Source: Parcubacteria group bacterium (GTDB taxonomy: Bacteria > Patescibacteriota > Minisyncoccia > Phycocordibacterales > 21-14-all-47-15). From it: 64,000 nucleotides of DNA. A program made the position numbers and the translations under genes. The stretch lies in contig JACOYO010000001.1 of the NCBI GenBank assembly GCA_016181845.1, forward strand, positions 33,133 through 97,132. Reading direction: 5' to 3'. Every line of letters begins with the position of its first letter. Positions within the stretch are counted from its first letter, which is position 1. The notes beneath the pieces were generated by a model. That model was not told the origin of the DNA. It searched no databases and worked only from the letters and a program-made list of their open reading frames with translations. This document shows positions 1 to 9,895 of this stretch, in pieces.

Positions 1-2
1 AA

Positions 3-410
3 TTGAAAAAAAATCCGAACGTCAAACTAATCAAGCCGAATATCAGCGGTCTTGATATCGTCGCGAAAGCAAAATTGATAATCACCATCACGAGCAGCGC
101 CGCATGGGAAGGAGTGATGTTAAAAAAACCGGCTATCGCGTTTGGCGATTGGTTTTATAATTTTCTCCCGATGGTGAAAAGATGCCGCAATATTGAAGAG
201 CTGCCTTCTTTGGTAAAAGAACAGCTTGAACATCACCAACACGATGAAGACGCTCTCTTGCTTTTCTTGGCGGCTATCTTTGAAGACTCCATATCCATAG
301 ACATGGTTCGCATCTGGGAACAGGAGCAGGATGAGGCAAAAAAGCGCGAGCTACTTGAACCGCTTGCGGATTTATTGGCAAAAAAGATTGGTTTGGGTTT
401 AATAAATTGA
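3..410 (+). CDS. Capsule polysaccharide biosynthesis (KpsS/Capsule_synth-like) protein, 3' part, truncated by the window edge
   Basis: ITITSSAAWEGVMLKKPAIAFG resembles the C-terminal motif of KpsS-like GT-B proteins; glycan-locus context. Confidence 0.6.
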   Translation: MKKNPNVKLIKPNISGLDIVAKAKLIITITSSAAWEGVMLKKPAIAFGDWFYNFLPMVKRCRNIEELPSLVKEQLEHHQHDEDALLLFLAAIFEDSISIDMVRIWEQEQDEAKKRELLEPLADLLAKKIGLGLIN

Positions 411-547
411 ATTACAAAACTCGCCGAAATCATAGTTTTTGAGAGACATTGCGGAGTGTCGCAACGCGAGCATAGCAAATTCTGCTCGCAAGCAGAATTA
501 TGCGCGTCTATCAAAAACTTATGATGAGGAAAGAGTTTTGTAATTAA
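407..547. repeat. Structured palindromic repeat family A, copy 1
   Basis: Terminal IR AATTACAAAACTC/GAGTTTTGTAATT, inner stem ATCATAGTTTTTGAGAGAC/GTCTATCAAAAACTTATGAT; homologous to 31940-32165 and 39233-39351. Confidence 0.9.
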
Positions 548-563
548 AAGTTAATACAAAAAA

Positions 564-1439
564 GTGGAAATCGTTAATACCATACGAAAAATATACAGAA
601 GACATATCCGCCTGCCGTGGTTGGATGCTTTTATCTACATAGTGCTTGATGCGCTTACAAATACGTACGCTTTTCTTGCACGCTTTGCTTTCCCGTCAAA
701 TTACATACGAAGGTGGAAATTAAACATGCTTTTTGGAAAATACGAGCCGGAAACGTATTCTTTTTTTAAAAGACTAATAAAACCGGGAATGATAGTGGTT
801 GATATCGGCGCGCACATCGGATACTTCACCCGCCTATTCTCTCGGTTAGCCGAACGCAACGGTTTTGTATACGCTCTGGAAGCCGACCCGGAAAATTTTT
901 CTCTTTTGAAAAAAAACACCGGACATTTGAAAAATGTAACGCTTCTCCAATTGGCGGTTTCAGATAAAACCGGAAGTATCAATTTTTATCGCAGTGAAAA
1001 AACCGGATGCCATAGCACCATAAAAGACACGGCGCAACACAAAGAAACCATCACCGTTGCATCTTCCGATTTGGACAGAATTTTGGACGAGAGACAAGTC
1101 CAAAAAGTGGACGTGATAAAAATGGATATAGAGGGTGGAGAATTAAACGCATTAAAAGGAATGCAAAAAACACTGAGCGCAAATCGCAACTTATCTCTCA
1201 TCATTGAATTTAACCCGAGATGTCTCAAGCAAACCGCCATCACCCCGAGAGCATTTATAATCTACCTATCGGACTTGGGATTTTATATCTACGCCATTCA
1301 TCAAGACGCACTCATCCACATAACAGCCACCGAACCCGAGCCCGAAAAATATCTATTGCCTGGGGCGACCTTTGTAAATTTGTATTGTAAAAAAAATAAT
1401 AACCAATTACTTGCGGGGGTTGACAAAACAAAAATATAA
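564..1439 (+). CDS. FkbM-family SAM-dependent methyltransferase
   Basis: VDIGAHIGY, EADPEN and IKMDIEGGE motifs. Confidence 0.9.
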   Translation: MEIVNTIRKIYRRHIRLPWLDAFIYIVLDALTNTYAFLARFAFPSNYIRRWKLNMLFGKYEPETYSFFKRLIKPGMIVVDIGAHIGYFTRLFSRLAERNGFVYALEADPENFSLLKKNTGHLKNVTLLQLAVSDKTGSINFYRSEKTGCHSTIKDTAQHKETITVASSDLDRILDERQVQKVDVIKMDIEGGELNALKGMQKTLSANRNLSLIIEFNPRCLKQTAITPRAFIIYLSDLGFYIYAIHQDALIHITATEPEPEKYLLPGATFVNLYCKKNNNQLLAGVDKTKI

Positions 1440-1492
1440 ATGTACATAATAGACTAGATATGTATTCCCCAAAATATAATCAGGAGGGTCCC

Positions 1493-2302
1493 ATGAAACA
1501 GACATCTCTTTCATCTCAAGAGGAGTTATTTGACAATCAAAAGAAGCGCTATTTTACGAATCTTTCGATACAGATGCGCGATGCTTTTAAACTACATCGC
1601 AACGCCGGACTTTGGGAGCGAGTAAATGGCAAACGAGACTGGGGTAATGTTTCGGAACACTGCTTGGTGGAAACCGCGCGTGTGGAAATATTAGCCGCAT
1701 GGTTGCGTCTGGACGAACAAATGAAAAGCCACCTAAAAACCGCTGCGGCCTTACATGATTTTTTCAAAAAAAGAGAAAAGGAGATAGCCGCATCGGAAGA
1801 ATATAGTTGGCATGGTTTTGAAAAGGCTGAGGCAGAATCGGAGCGCCTTTTGAAAGAGGCGGGGTTTGACAAGAGTATTGTACGTATCGCCGGATCGGTC
1901 GGGCACAGTTCATTGCTTGATATGCAAAAAATAATGGCACAAGCAAGGCCATCTGGAGAAGACATCGCCTGCATGATTATGCATTATGTTGATGATTATA
2001 CGTCCGGCAGTGTATGGGTAAAACCAGCAGAAATGTCCAACGGCGAAAATATCAATGATTTGGATAAACGCATAGCAAGCGCTGAACAAAACCAACGATA
2101 TACAAAAATAAATCTGTACGGGAAAGAAAATAATCTCTTCGAGAAAGGCGAGACCACCTATCAGGCGCAACGGCGGATAGGGCATCTGGTAGAATCAAAA
2201 TTAGCCAAACTAATGAGTGCCACTACAGGCAAAACTATAGCGCCACTTGATTTGCCTGAACTGATAGATAACGCGATACGTGAAAAAATCACCTCTAATT
2301 AA
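1493..2302 (+). CDS. HD-domain phosphohydrolase-like protein
   Basis: SEHC...AAALHDF...GH...YVDD metal-binding pattern; start placed at ATG 1493 after GGAGG (ORF track starts at 1460); TTGACA at 1420. Confidence 0.7.
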   Translation: MKQTSLSSQEELFDNQKKRYFTNLSIQMRDAFKLHRNAGLWERVNGKRDWGNVSEHCLVETARVEILAAWLRLDEQMKSHLKTAAALHDFFKKREKEIAASEEYSWHGFEKAEAESERLLKEAGFDKSIVRIAGSVGHSSLLDMQKIMAQARPSGEDIACMIMHYVDDYTSGSVWVKPAEMSNGENINDLDKRIASAEQNQRYTKINLYGKENNLFEKGETTYQAQRRIGHLVESKLAKLMSATTGKTIAPLDLPELIDNAIREKITSN

Positions 2303-2311
2303 CCTCTTTGT

Positions 2312-2340
2312 AAAAAACCGCGAGGTATCGCGGTTTTTTT
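2312..2340. terminator. Bidirectional intrinsic terminator
   Basis: AAAAAACCGCGA-GGTA-TCGCGGTTTTTTT between convergent genes. Confidence 0.85.
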
Positions 2341-2350
2341 ATACAACCCT

Positions 2351-2842
2351 TTAAAGAAGCTTTTTAATTTTTTTGATAATGCCCATAGTGGAAATATTTT
2401 CAAACTCAGTGGGACATTGTCTATCTAAAACAACCATCCTTATTCCGCGCTTGCTTGTTGCTTCTTCCCGCATTTCTTTATACGGGGCATCCTTATTTAT
2501 TATGTAAATATCGGGACGAAGAAGGTCTAATATTTTTTCGTCCAACCAAACATGCTCGGGTGTTAATGTATCCAAAAAACAATAATCAACTGATTTCAAC
2601 GAATCTACACTCTTTAGTCTTATATGTTCATTTAAAATCGGTCGGTTTGCACCTTTATATTTTTTAATTATAGCGTCACTTCCAACCGCGACAACCAATA
2701 TATCTCCGTACTGTTTACAATCTTCAAAAAATAGAGCATGCCCGGCATGTGTCAAATCAAAAGTACCGGTGCATAAAACTATTTTTTTATTTTGTGATTG
2801 TTGCCGTATGATAGGCAAATCATCATAACTAATGTAAGCCAT
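2351..2842 (-). CDS. Cytidylyltransferase-like protein (TagD/RfaE family)
   Basis: GTFDLTHAGH (HxGH), KGANRPI and ISTMGII motifs. Confidence 0.85.
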   Translation of the reverse strand: MAYISYDDLPIIRQQSQNKKIVLCTGTFDLTHAGHALFFEDCKQYGDILVVAVGSDAIIKKYKGANRPILNEHIRLKSVDSLKSVDYCFLDTLTPEHVWLDEKILDLLRPDIYIINKDAPYKEMREEATSKRGIRMVVLDRQCPTEFENISTMGIIKKIKKLL

Positions 2843-2843
2843 A

Positions 2844-4013
2844 TCAAATTACGCCAACAATAACTTTATTTAATTTCCGCCCCAAAACGCGATAATCCAA
2901 ACGCTTCGCACGAGTTAAAATATCTTTGGATAATTTGGTCCTCAAACGCTCATCCTCTCCGAGCCGATGGAGCTTTTCCGACAAATCTTTTGCGTCATCG
3001 GGCTTAAAAGTCAGCGCGGAACCTTCAGTCAACCATTCAAGCGCCCCTCCTCCTGGAATAATGCAGGGCATGCCAAACGCCATCGCTTCGGTCAGAAGCG
3101 CCGAGCCGTATTCAATCCACCATTTGGGGAAAATAAAAATCTGTGACGCGAGGAAAAAGTCAAACATTTTGTCTCTTGCCACCCAACCGGGAAATGAAAA
3201 ATATTTTCCCAAACCTGTCTCGCGCACCATTGCCTCAAGGCGTTCTTTGTCCGGCCCCCCGCCGCTCATGACAACACGATATTTTTCTTTATCCGGCAAA
3301 TCCGCAAAAGCCTTGATAACCAAATCAAATCCTTTTTCTTTAAACATCCTGCCGGTGCAAAATATGTTTACCATATCACTGGAATGCTGACGTTTTTCTA
3401 ATACCGCATCGGTAATATGGTTTCGTTCAATAATTCCCTCCATATCGACAAAATCTTCTATGACCGAGCATTTTTTGCCGTCTATGCCGAAATCTGTATA
3501 CATTTTTTGCACCATCGGCGTATTAAAAATGAACGCATCAAGATAATTGGCTATTGGGATACCAAATAGATGCTCCAAAAAAACTCTCATTTTCTTTTTC
3601 ACCGATTTCAGGAAAGACACCCGCTCCGGATTCCCCGTCATGTCCGCCCAGCAATTAAGCCTGATGTTAAAAAACGCCACTACCGGCTTTTTGCCGCCGA
3701 GCATCCGATACAGCCCGCCTCCGTACAAAAACATGTGCCCGTCTATATAAAAAGCGTCCGCGTCTTTTTCGTATTTTTTAAGCAAGCCATAGATGCCCTT
3801 CTGCATACTGAGTAAATTCCCTTTGGGCGCAATGTTTTCCTTTTTAACCGGATACGGTAAGTCAATCGTAATATTATTGGCACGAGAAAAAGCGGTCACG
3901 ACGGTGACCTCGTGCCCATGGTCAAGCAGACTTTTTGCTTTCCAGTGCAAATCCAGCACCGAGCCGCCCGCGGTTTCAAAATTCAGTTTTGAGGTAATTA
4001 AAATAATTCTCAC
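2844..4013 (-). CDS. GT4 glycosyltransferase
   Basis: GRMFKEKG and EYGSALLTEAMAFG (EX7E-like) motifs. Confidence 0.9.
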   Translation of the reverse strand: MRIILITSKLNFETAGGSVLDLHWKAKSLLDHGHEVTVVTAFSRANNITIDLPYPVKKENIAPKGNLLSMQKGIYGLLKKYEKDADAFYIDGHMFLYGGGLYRMLGGKKPVVAFFNIRLNCWADMTGNPERVSFLKSVKKKMRVFLEHLFGIPIANYLDAFIFNTPMVQKMYTDFGIDGKKCSVIEDFVDMEGIIERNHITDAVLEKRQHSSDMVNIFCTGRMFKEKGFDLVIKAFADLPDKEKYRVVMSGGGPDKERLEAMVRETGLGKYFSFPGWVARDKMFDFFLASQIFIFPKWWIEYGSALLTEAMAFGMPCIIPGGGALEWLTEGSALTFKPDDAKDLSEKLHRLGEDERLRTKLSKDILTRAKRLDYRVLGRKLNKVIVGVI

Positions 4014-4390
4014 AAATTTACTTTGTCATTCATAAACGGTCCGTTTTTAATCTCAAAAATTTCCGAGTCTTCAAGCATCGTTATCGCGTGTCCGCCGGAA
4101 ACAAAAAGAAACGCCTCTCCGGCTTTTATGGGTACTGACGCCAGCCATTTTTTATTCGGAGTGTATAAATCGATTTTGACTTTACCTTTCCTGACAACCA
4201 AACACTCTTGGAGACTGGCGGTCGTTCTCTTTTTTGGAATGTGGGTATGCGGTTTTATTGAAACTCCCTTTTTATGCTTGAGGGTTAAAACCTGTAGGGC
4301 TTCAGAATCTCTGGTGATTGGGGTTACGTCCTGATTAAATTTTTGAATATGAATCCCTATGATTTCCTTTTTGTTTCTAAATACTTTCAT
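4010..4390 (-). CDS. WbuC-like cupin-fold protein
   Basis: PHTH...QECLVVRKG...GGHA...EIKNGPF cupin motifs. Confidence 0.7.
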   Translation of the reverse strand: MKVFRNKKEIIGIHIQKFNQDVTPITRDSEALQVLTLKHKKGVSIKPHTHIPKKRTTASLQECLVVRKGKVKIDLYTPNKKWLASVPIKAGEAFLFVSGGHAITMLEDSEIFEIKNGPFMNDKVNL

Positions 4391-4394
4391 GCGG

Positions 4395-5462
4395 CTAATC
4401 TATGCTAATACGTCTCCCTGGAGCAATCGAGGTGTGCAGTTCGGATTCTCGCTCGGCATGTTTTAAATCCGCTTCCGCCATCATTTGTGCCAATTTTTTA
4501 AAAGTAATTTTTGGTTTCCAACTCAAGACTTTCCGCGCTTTTCTTGGGTCTCCCAACAGTAAATCAACCTCGTTTGGTCTGAAATGTTTCGGGTCAATCT
4601 TGATAATAGTCTTGCCTGTTTTTCGGTCAACTCCCGTTTCTTTCAAGCCCCTGCCACGCCATACAATATCCATACCTAAATGATTCGCCGCCTCTTCGAC
4701 AAATTCCCGCACCGTGTGAGTCTCGCCGGTCGCAATCACGAAATCATCAGGCTTTTTGTGCTGTAAAATCTTCCATACAGCCTCCATATAATCTTTCGAG
4801 TATCCCCAGTCGCGTTTTGCATCAAGATTTCCAAGCATAAGCACCGGCTCAAGACCAAGCCTCACGCGCGACAAGCCAAGAGTGATTTTTCTTGTCACGA
4901 AATTAAATCCACGCCGCGGTGACTCGTGGTTAAAGAGAATCCCATTTGAAGCAAAGATGCCGTATCCATCACGAAAAATTTTTGTAATATGAAACGCAAA
5001 TACTTTTGAAAGCCCATACGGCGATTGAGGATTGAACTTGGTATTTTCATTTTGCGGAGTAGCGAGCACCTTGCCAAACATTTCAGAAGAGCTCGCCTGA
5101 TAGTATTTTGCCGGTAAATCAAAATTACGAATGGTTTCCAAAATGCGAAGTGGCCCGAGCGCATTCACATTCGCCGTATACTCCGGTTTATCAAAACTGA
5201 TTCGCACATGGCTTTGCGCCGCAAGGTTATAGATTTCATCCGGCTCTATTTTGTGAATAATACGGACCAAGTTAGAACTGTCAGATAAATCTCCGTATGC
5301 CATAAAAAGATTCGGGTCGGACAAATGGTCCAAGCGAATAGTATTCGGCATGCTTGAACGCCGCTGAATGCCATACACCTGGTATCCCTTCTCCAAAAGA
5401 AGCTCGGTCAAATATGAGCCGTCTTGTCCTGTTATGCCTGTGATTAATGCTTTTTTTGCCAT
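4395..5462 (-). CDS. gmd: GDP-mannose 4,6-dehydratase
   Basis: ALITGITGQDGSYL, YNLAAQSHV, NHESPRRG and RDWG motifs. Confidence 0.97.
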   Translation of the reverse strand: MAKKALITGITGQDGSYLTELLLEKGYQVYGIQRRSSMPNTIRLDHLSDPNLFMAYGDLSDSSNLVRIIHKIEPDEIYNLAAQSHVRISFDKPEYTANVNALGPLRILETIRNFDLPAKYYQASSSEMFGKVLATPQNENTKFNPQSPYGLSKVFAFHITKIFRDGYGIFASNGILFNHESPRRGFNFVTRKITLGLSRVRLGLEPVLMLGNLDAKRDWGYSKDYMEAVWKILQHKKPDDFVIATGETHTVREFVEEAANHLGMDIVWRGRGLKETGVDRKTGKTIIKIDPKHFRPNEVDLLLGDPRKARKVLSWKPKITFKKLAQMMAEADLKHAERESELHTSIAPGRRISID

Positions 5463-5495
5463 TTGCAGAATGAAACTAAAGATTGGCTAATAATA

Positions 5496-6026
5496 TCACT
5501 TGTTTTTAATGAAGGCAATAATATCCTTTGCGCCTTGCCGTATAGCGGAATGAAAATCGGAATGACTGACGTGCTCTGGAGATACCCATTGCAATGCAGC
5601 GTATTCGTCATTTGGCTTAAGCGCTGCCATTTCCTTATCGGTAATCGTTGCAGTCATTGTTATAGAAACCGTGTGTGAACCATTCTCAATCGGCTCTTGC
5701 GCCCTTTCTCCCCAGACCAAAGAGTACGTTCCGATATAAGACAGGCGCGACACTTCAATATCCAAACTAAGTTCTTCTTTTAATTTTCTAGAAGCCGCTT
5801 CTTCAAAACTTTCTCCCGGCATCATCCGCCCGCCGATAATCCACCAATCGGGCCATGGGGCTCTTGTTCTTTTTCCAAGCAATATTTCTCCGCGATTGTT
5901 GATAACCGCAATATCGGCAGTGGCAACCACCACACTATCAAGCACTTTTGCATACTCCTCAGCACTTAAAGACGCAGCATGACGATTAAACGCGCCAGTT
6001 ACAAAATGATGGTAATTCATTTTCAT
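5496..6026 (-). CDS. NUDIX hydrolase, GDP-mannose mannosyl hydrolase-like
   Basis: GGRMMPGESFEEAASRKLKEEL Nudix box, next to gmd; start uncertain (6020-6044). Confidence 0.75.
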   Translation of the reverse strand: MKMNYHHFVTGAFNRHAASLSAEEYAKVLDSVVVATADIAVINNRGEILLGKRTRAPWPDWWIIGGRMMPGESFEEAASRKLKEELSLDIEVSRLSYIGTYSLVWGERAQEPIENGSHTVSITMTATITDKEMAALKPNDEYAALQWVSPEHVSHSDFHSAIRQGAKDIIAFIKNK

Positions 6027-6043
6027 ATGATAACATCTCCGCA

Positions 6044-6850
6044 TTAAACAAAGTCACTTTTGAGTAACCCGGTATCTGTTTCTTCCAATCTCCATCCGAC
6101 CGCTCCGCAAATTTCCTTCAAGTGTCCCGCGTTAGCGGTTTTTGGTATCACAACGATATCTTGGCTGATTAACCAATTGAGCGCTATTTGAATTGGCGTT
6201 TTTTGATATTTTTTACTCAAGGTATTGAGTATTTCTTTTTGCTCGAGCGCCAGCTTTCCTTTTGCAAGCGGGCGGTGCGCAATTACTTTTATATTATTCT
6301 CTTTGCAAAACGGAATAATTTCTTTCTCCGCCGAACGTTCGAGCAAGCTGTATTCGATTTGATTTGCCGCAAGAGTCGTCTTGCTCAAATACGATTGCGC
6401 CTCCTCCATAATCGGCACGGAAAAGTTGCTGACGCCGATATGGCGCACTTTTTTATTTGATACCAATTCCTCAAGCGCCCGCATAGTCTCCAGCAAAGGC
6501 GCCGCTTCGTTCGGCCAATGAATTAAATATAGATCAATATAATCGGTCTGTAACCGTTTCAGACTTTTCTCTGCCGCTGCCAAAACAGCATCATGGCGCA
6601 GATTGGTCTTCCAGACTTTTGTAATGAGAAAAATATCTTCTCTGTTGTGTCCTTTTATGGCTTGCCCTACTATCTCCTCGGTCAACCCTTCCCCATACAA
6701 TTCTGCCGTATCAATAAGCCTTATGCCGAGAGCAAGTCCTTGTTTCAAAATAGAAATTGATTGTTCGATATTGCTTTCGTCTCTTTCATATTTTCCGCCC
6801 ATGCCCCACGTACCCATGCCAAGCGCCGGAATGTTCATTTCTTTACCCAT
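6044..6850 (-). CDS. Aldo/keto reductase
   Basis: GMGTW, IDTAELYG, DLYLIHWP and IGVSNF motifs. Confidence 0.95.
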   Translation of the reverse strand: MGKEMNIPALGMGTWGMGGKYERDESNIEQSISILKQGLALGIRLIDTAELYGEGLTEEIVGQAIKGHNREDIFLITKVWKTNLRHDAVLAAAEKSLKRLQTDYIDLYLIHWPNEAAPLLETMRALEELVSNKKVRHIGVSNFSVPIMEEAQSYLSKTTLAANQIEYSLLERSAEKEIIPFCKENNIKVIAHRPLAKGKLALEQKEILNTLSKKYQKTPIQIALNWLISQDIVVIPKTANAGHLKEICGAVGWRLEETDTGLLKSDFV

Positions 6851-6855
6851 GTTTC

Positions 6856-8094
6856 TTATACAATGATTACTGCAGGCGTTGGTATGATAAATTTCCCCTT
6901 ATATCCGGCACCCCTTATTTTCGGAATCAATTCATCTGCAATGTTCCAGGAAAGGAGGAGCGCGTATTCCGGTTGGTCAACAAATAAACGGCTTTCCGGC
7001 ACGACGGGGATGCGTGTGCCGGGCGCAAAAAGACCGATTTTTAATGGGCTTTTTTCAACCAAATAATCAACGAGGCCAGGATTTGATGCGCAAAAATTGA
7101 GAAGCGTATTGCCTTTTGCCGGCGCGCCGATACCGACAACCCGCTTCCCCATACCCCGCTGTTCGGAAATGAATTTTTGAATGGAAATTTTATTTTGATT
7201 TGCCTTTTCGGCAAAATCGGCATATGTTTCTTTTTTATACAACCCCGCCGCTTCTTCTTTGTTGATAAGATGTTCAACAGTATCAAGCACTTTATGAGCC
7301 CCCTTTTTTGCTGCATAGATGCGGATTGAGCCGCCATGGGTAGAAATTTTTTCCGCATCAAACATTTCCAGCCCGTGAGCCGCAAACAACATCTTGAGCG
7401 GTTTCAATGAATAATACCGCAAGTGCTCATGATACACGGCGTCATATTGCAGTTTGGTAATCATATCGAGCAAATACCCCGATTCCGATACAAACACTCC
7501 ATCCTGAGTAAGCAGTTCCGCAACGCCGGCCAAAAAATCATTCAGTTTATTAACATGAGCAAAAACATTCGTTGCAGTTATTATTTTCGCATTGCCGTAT
7601 TTTTTCTCCACTTGCATAGCCACTGTCTTGGAAAAAAAATCAACGAGAGTCGGTATGTTATTTTTCAAAGCCAATTGAGCCGAGCTTGACGGGTCAATTC
7701 CTAAAATTTTCACACCGTACGGCACATAATTCGATAAAAGTGTCCCGTCGTTTGAACCGATATCAATTGCAAAATCGGTATTTTTTAATTGGAAACGCTC
7801 TATCAAGGTCTCAACGAGATTGTAAAAATTAACCTTGAGACTGTTGTTGGTCGCAGTATTGTATACATAATCCACAAACAATTTTTCCGGCGGAACAATA
7901 TGGTTTAGCTGAACCAAACCGCATGTCTCGCAAAAACAAAGTTCAAGCGGATATGTCGCTTCCGGTTTGCAAAGGTCTTCTGATTTCAAAAAAGCATCGC
8001 TTGGCGGCTGGTGCCCCAAATCAAGGAAATTAAAGAAGGTTGTGTTGTCGCAAATAAAACAATGCATGCCATTACTTATCAAATCGATAGACAA
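6856..8094 (-). CDS. NDP-hexose C-methyltransferase (Zn-binding N-terminus, C-MT C-terminal domain)
   Basis: CFIC...CETCGLVQL, DIGSNDG, YHEHLRYYS and GAPAKGNTLLN motifs. Confidence 0.9.
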   Translation of the reverse strand: MSIDLISNGMHCFICDNTTFFNFLDLGHQPPSDAFLKSEDLCKPEATYPLELCFCETCGLVQLNHIVPPEKLFVDYVYNTATNNSLKVNFYNLVETLIERFQLKNTDFAIDIGSNDGTLLSNYVPYGVKILGIDPSSSAQLALKNNIPTLVDFFSKTVAMQVEKKYGNAKIITATNVFAHVNKLNDFLAGVAELLTQDGVFVSESGYLLDMITKLQYDAVYHEHLRYYSLKPLKMLFAAHGLEMFDAEKISTHGGSIRIYAAKKGAHKVLDTVEHLINKEEAAGLYKKETYADFAEKANQNKISIQKFISEQRGMGKRVVGIGAPAKGNTLLNFCASNPGLVDYLVEKSPLKIGLFAPGTRIPVVPESRLFVDQPEYALLLSWNIADELIPKIRGAGYKGKFIIPTPAVIIV

Positions 8095-9895
8095 ATAAAT
8101 TATTATCCTGAAAAACTATGTTCGGCCCATGAAGTTCATTCAATATCTTTTGGGGTAATGTCCCTTGAGACACGATGTAGTCAAGACGATAGGTACGGAG
8201 CATGTCTTCAAGATTGATAGCCGCCAATCGCCGATATATGTCGGCAAAATTGCCTATGCGTTCGTCCAATGACCGGCTTACGAAATCGGGAAAATCTGAA
8301 ACACCATATAAATCTTTCCAATCTGAAAAAATAAAATCCCTCGCCTCCACTATATGCTCTTTTACATATTCTTCAATGTGGTCATCGGTAATACCCCGCA
8401 TGCGAAGCTGAACTGCGTAATTATAATATGACCGCTCAATCGGCATGAGTGAAAATGACCATGGGGAAGCATAAACGTCGCAATGGGTAAACGCCGGTAT
8501 CAAACCAATTATTACATATGGTTCTTTCTCATTCTCGTTGGCCAAAACAACGCAATTTTTTTCTTGTTCATCAAGCCACTTGAGCGTCGGCCAAAATAGC
8601 TGGAGATTCGCGTCGTATTGATAAAATCGATTGAACGTACCTGCTTGAATATATACGCCATACACTAGAGGAACAGCCACCGCAAAAAAAACACCGATTG
8701 CCCATATAGCCCGCAACTGATGCCTTACTATGCGATACCAAAGCACCATTAACACGATCATGGCGAGCGGGATAGAATACTGCACAAAATGATAGGGCCA
8801 GACCGTTTGTCCGGTGATAATCTGCTGGCTATATGCCCAGAGCGATCCCAAAATAAAAGCAAGGGTAAACAAATGCCAATCCTCTATAAACCCTGTTGTT
8901 TTTTGTTCTACTAACTTTGTGTTTTTTCTATCTCGTATAAATTGCCATCCTACAAAAACCGCATACACAATCAAAACCAGAAAGAGCAATTTGTTCATAA
9001 GCGGGTAATGTGTATAAAAAATACCATTCCGTAAAAGAGCTTCTGCGTACCATGGACTTTTGCTTGCTTGCCAAACAAGGTACCAATACGGAAGGGTCAT
9101 CAAAAAAGCATACCCCGCAAGAACTCCCATGCTTTTGACAATCGTATATTCTTTTTTAAGAACATACATCAGGGCAAGCATAACAAGAATGGATACTGCT
9201 ATCCCCCAGCTGAAAAAATAACTCCCCACCATCAGTGCAAGAAAAATAGCCGCGCTTAAAAGCGCTCTTTTGTGCGGTCTTTCGTTTCTTATATTCGCTA
9301 TCATACGCCACAGAGAACCGAGAAAAGCCATGAGCAGAAGCGCTCCTAAAACAGGGTTAATGGGCCGAGCCCAAATCAAGAAACCGGCTGGGCTTGCGGA
9401 ACCGCTAAGAAAAGCAAGAAGACTTCTGTAATCAATCAGGTCATAACCGAGAGTAACGAGCAACGCGCCGGCAATCGCATTGATTTTTGCAAAAAAGGAA
9501 TCATCGTCTTCAAAAAGTTTGAGTAGAAGCGCATAAACCAAAAGAAACAAAATGAGCGGTAAAAAAAATTGGCTCGCAACAATAACGGCGGCTGGTTTTA
9601 CTTCAAATAACATCGCTGGGACCGCATACAGCATTTCTCCAACCGGCGGGGCAAGAGGAGTTTGGTTTTTGTATTCATAGAAAGCCTGTGACCCAACGAG
9701 CGGATGCCCATCGAGAATTTCTTGTATTCTTGCTATATAAAAATCATCATTCGCCGTATGCATCATCGGTATTCCGCGATACTCATCTCCCAAAGATAGT
9801 ATGAAAAAGATATTTGGTGCTACGTAAACAAACCCCACAAACAACGCCACCAAAATAGCTATATGATGTTCTTTGAAATAATCTTTGATGCTCAT
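8072..9895 (-). CDS. Polytopic membrane protein, possible GT-C glycosyltransferase
   Basis: Many hydrophobic helices; DD-containing first loop (NDDFYIARI); glycan-locus context. Confidence 0.5.
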   Translation of the reverse strand: MSIKDYFKEHHIAILVALFVGFVYVAPNIFFILSLGDEYRGIPMMHTANDDFYIARIQEILDGHPLVGSQAFYEYKNQTPLAPPVGEMLYAVPAMLFEVKPAAVIVASQFFLPLILFLLVYALLLKLFEDDDSFFAKINAIAGALLVTLGYDLIDYRSLLAFLSGSASPAGFLIWARPINPVLGALLLMAFLGSLWRMIANIRNERPHKRALLSAAIFLALMVGSYFFSWGIAVSILVMLALMYVLKKEYTIVKSMGVLAGYAFLMTLPYWYLVWQASKSPWYAEALLRNGIFYTHYPLMNKLLFLVLIVYAVFVGWQFIRDRKNTKLVEQKTTGFIEDWHLFTLAFILGSLWAYSQQIITGQTVWPYHFVQYSIPLAMIVLMVLWYRIVRHQLRAIWAIGVFFAVAVPLVYGVYIQAGTFNRFYQYDANLQLFWPTLKWLDEQEKNCVVLANENEKEPYVIIGLIPAFTHCDVYASPWSFSLMPIERSYYNYAVQLRMRGITDDHIEEYVKEHIVEARDFIFSDWKDLYGVSDFPDFVSRSLDERIGNFADIYRRLAAINLEDMLRTYRLDYIVSQGTLPQKILNELHGPNIVFQDNNLFVYRFDK

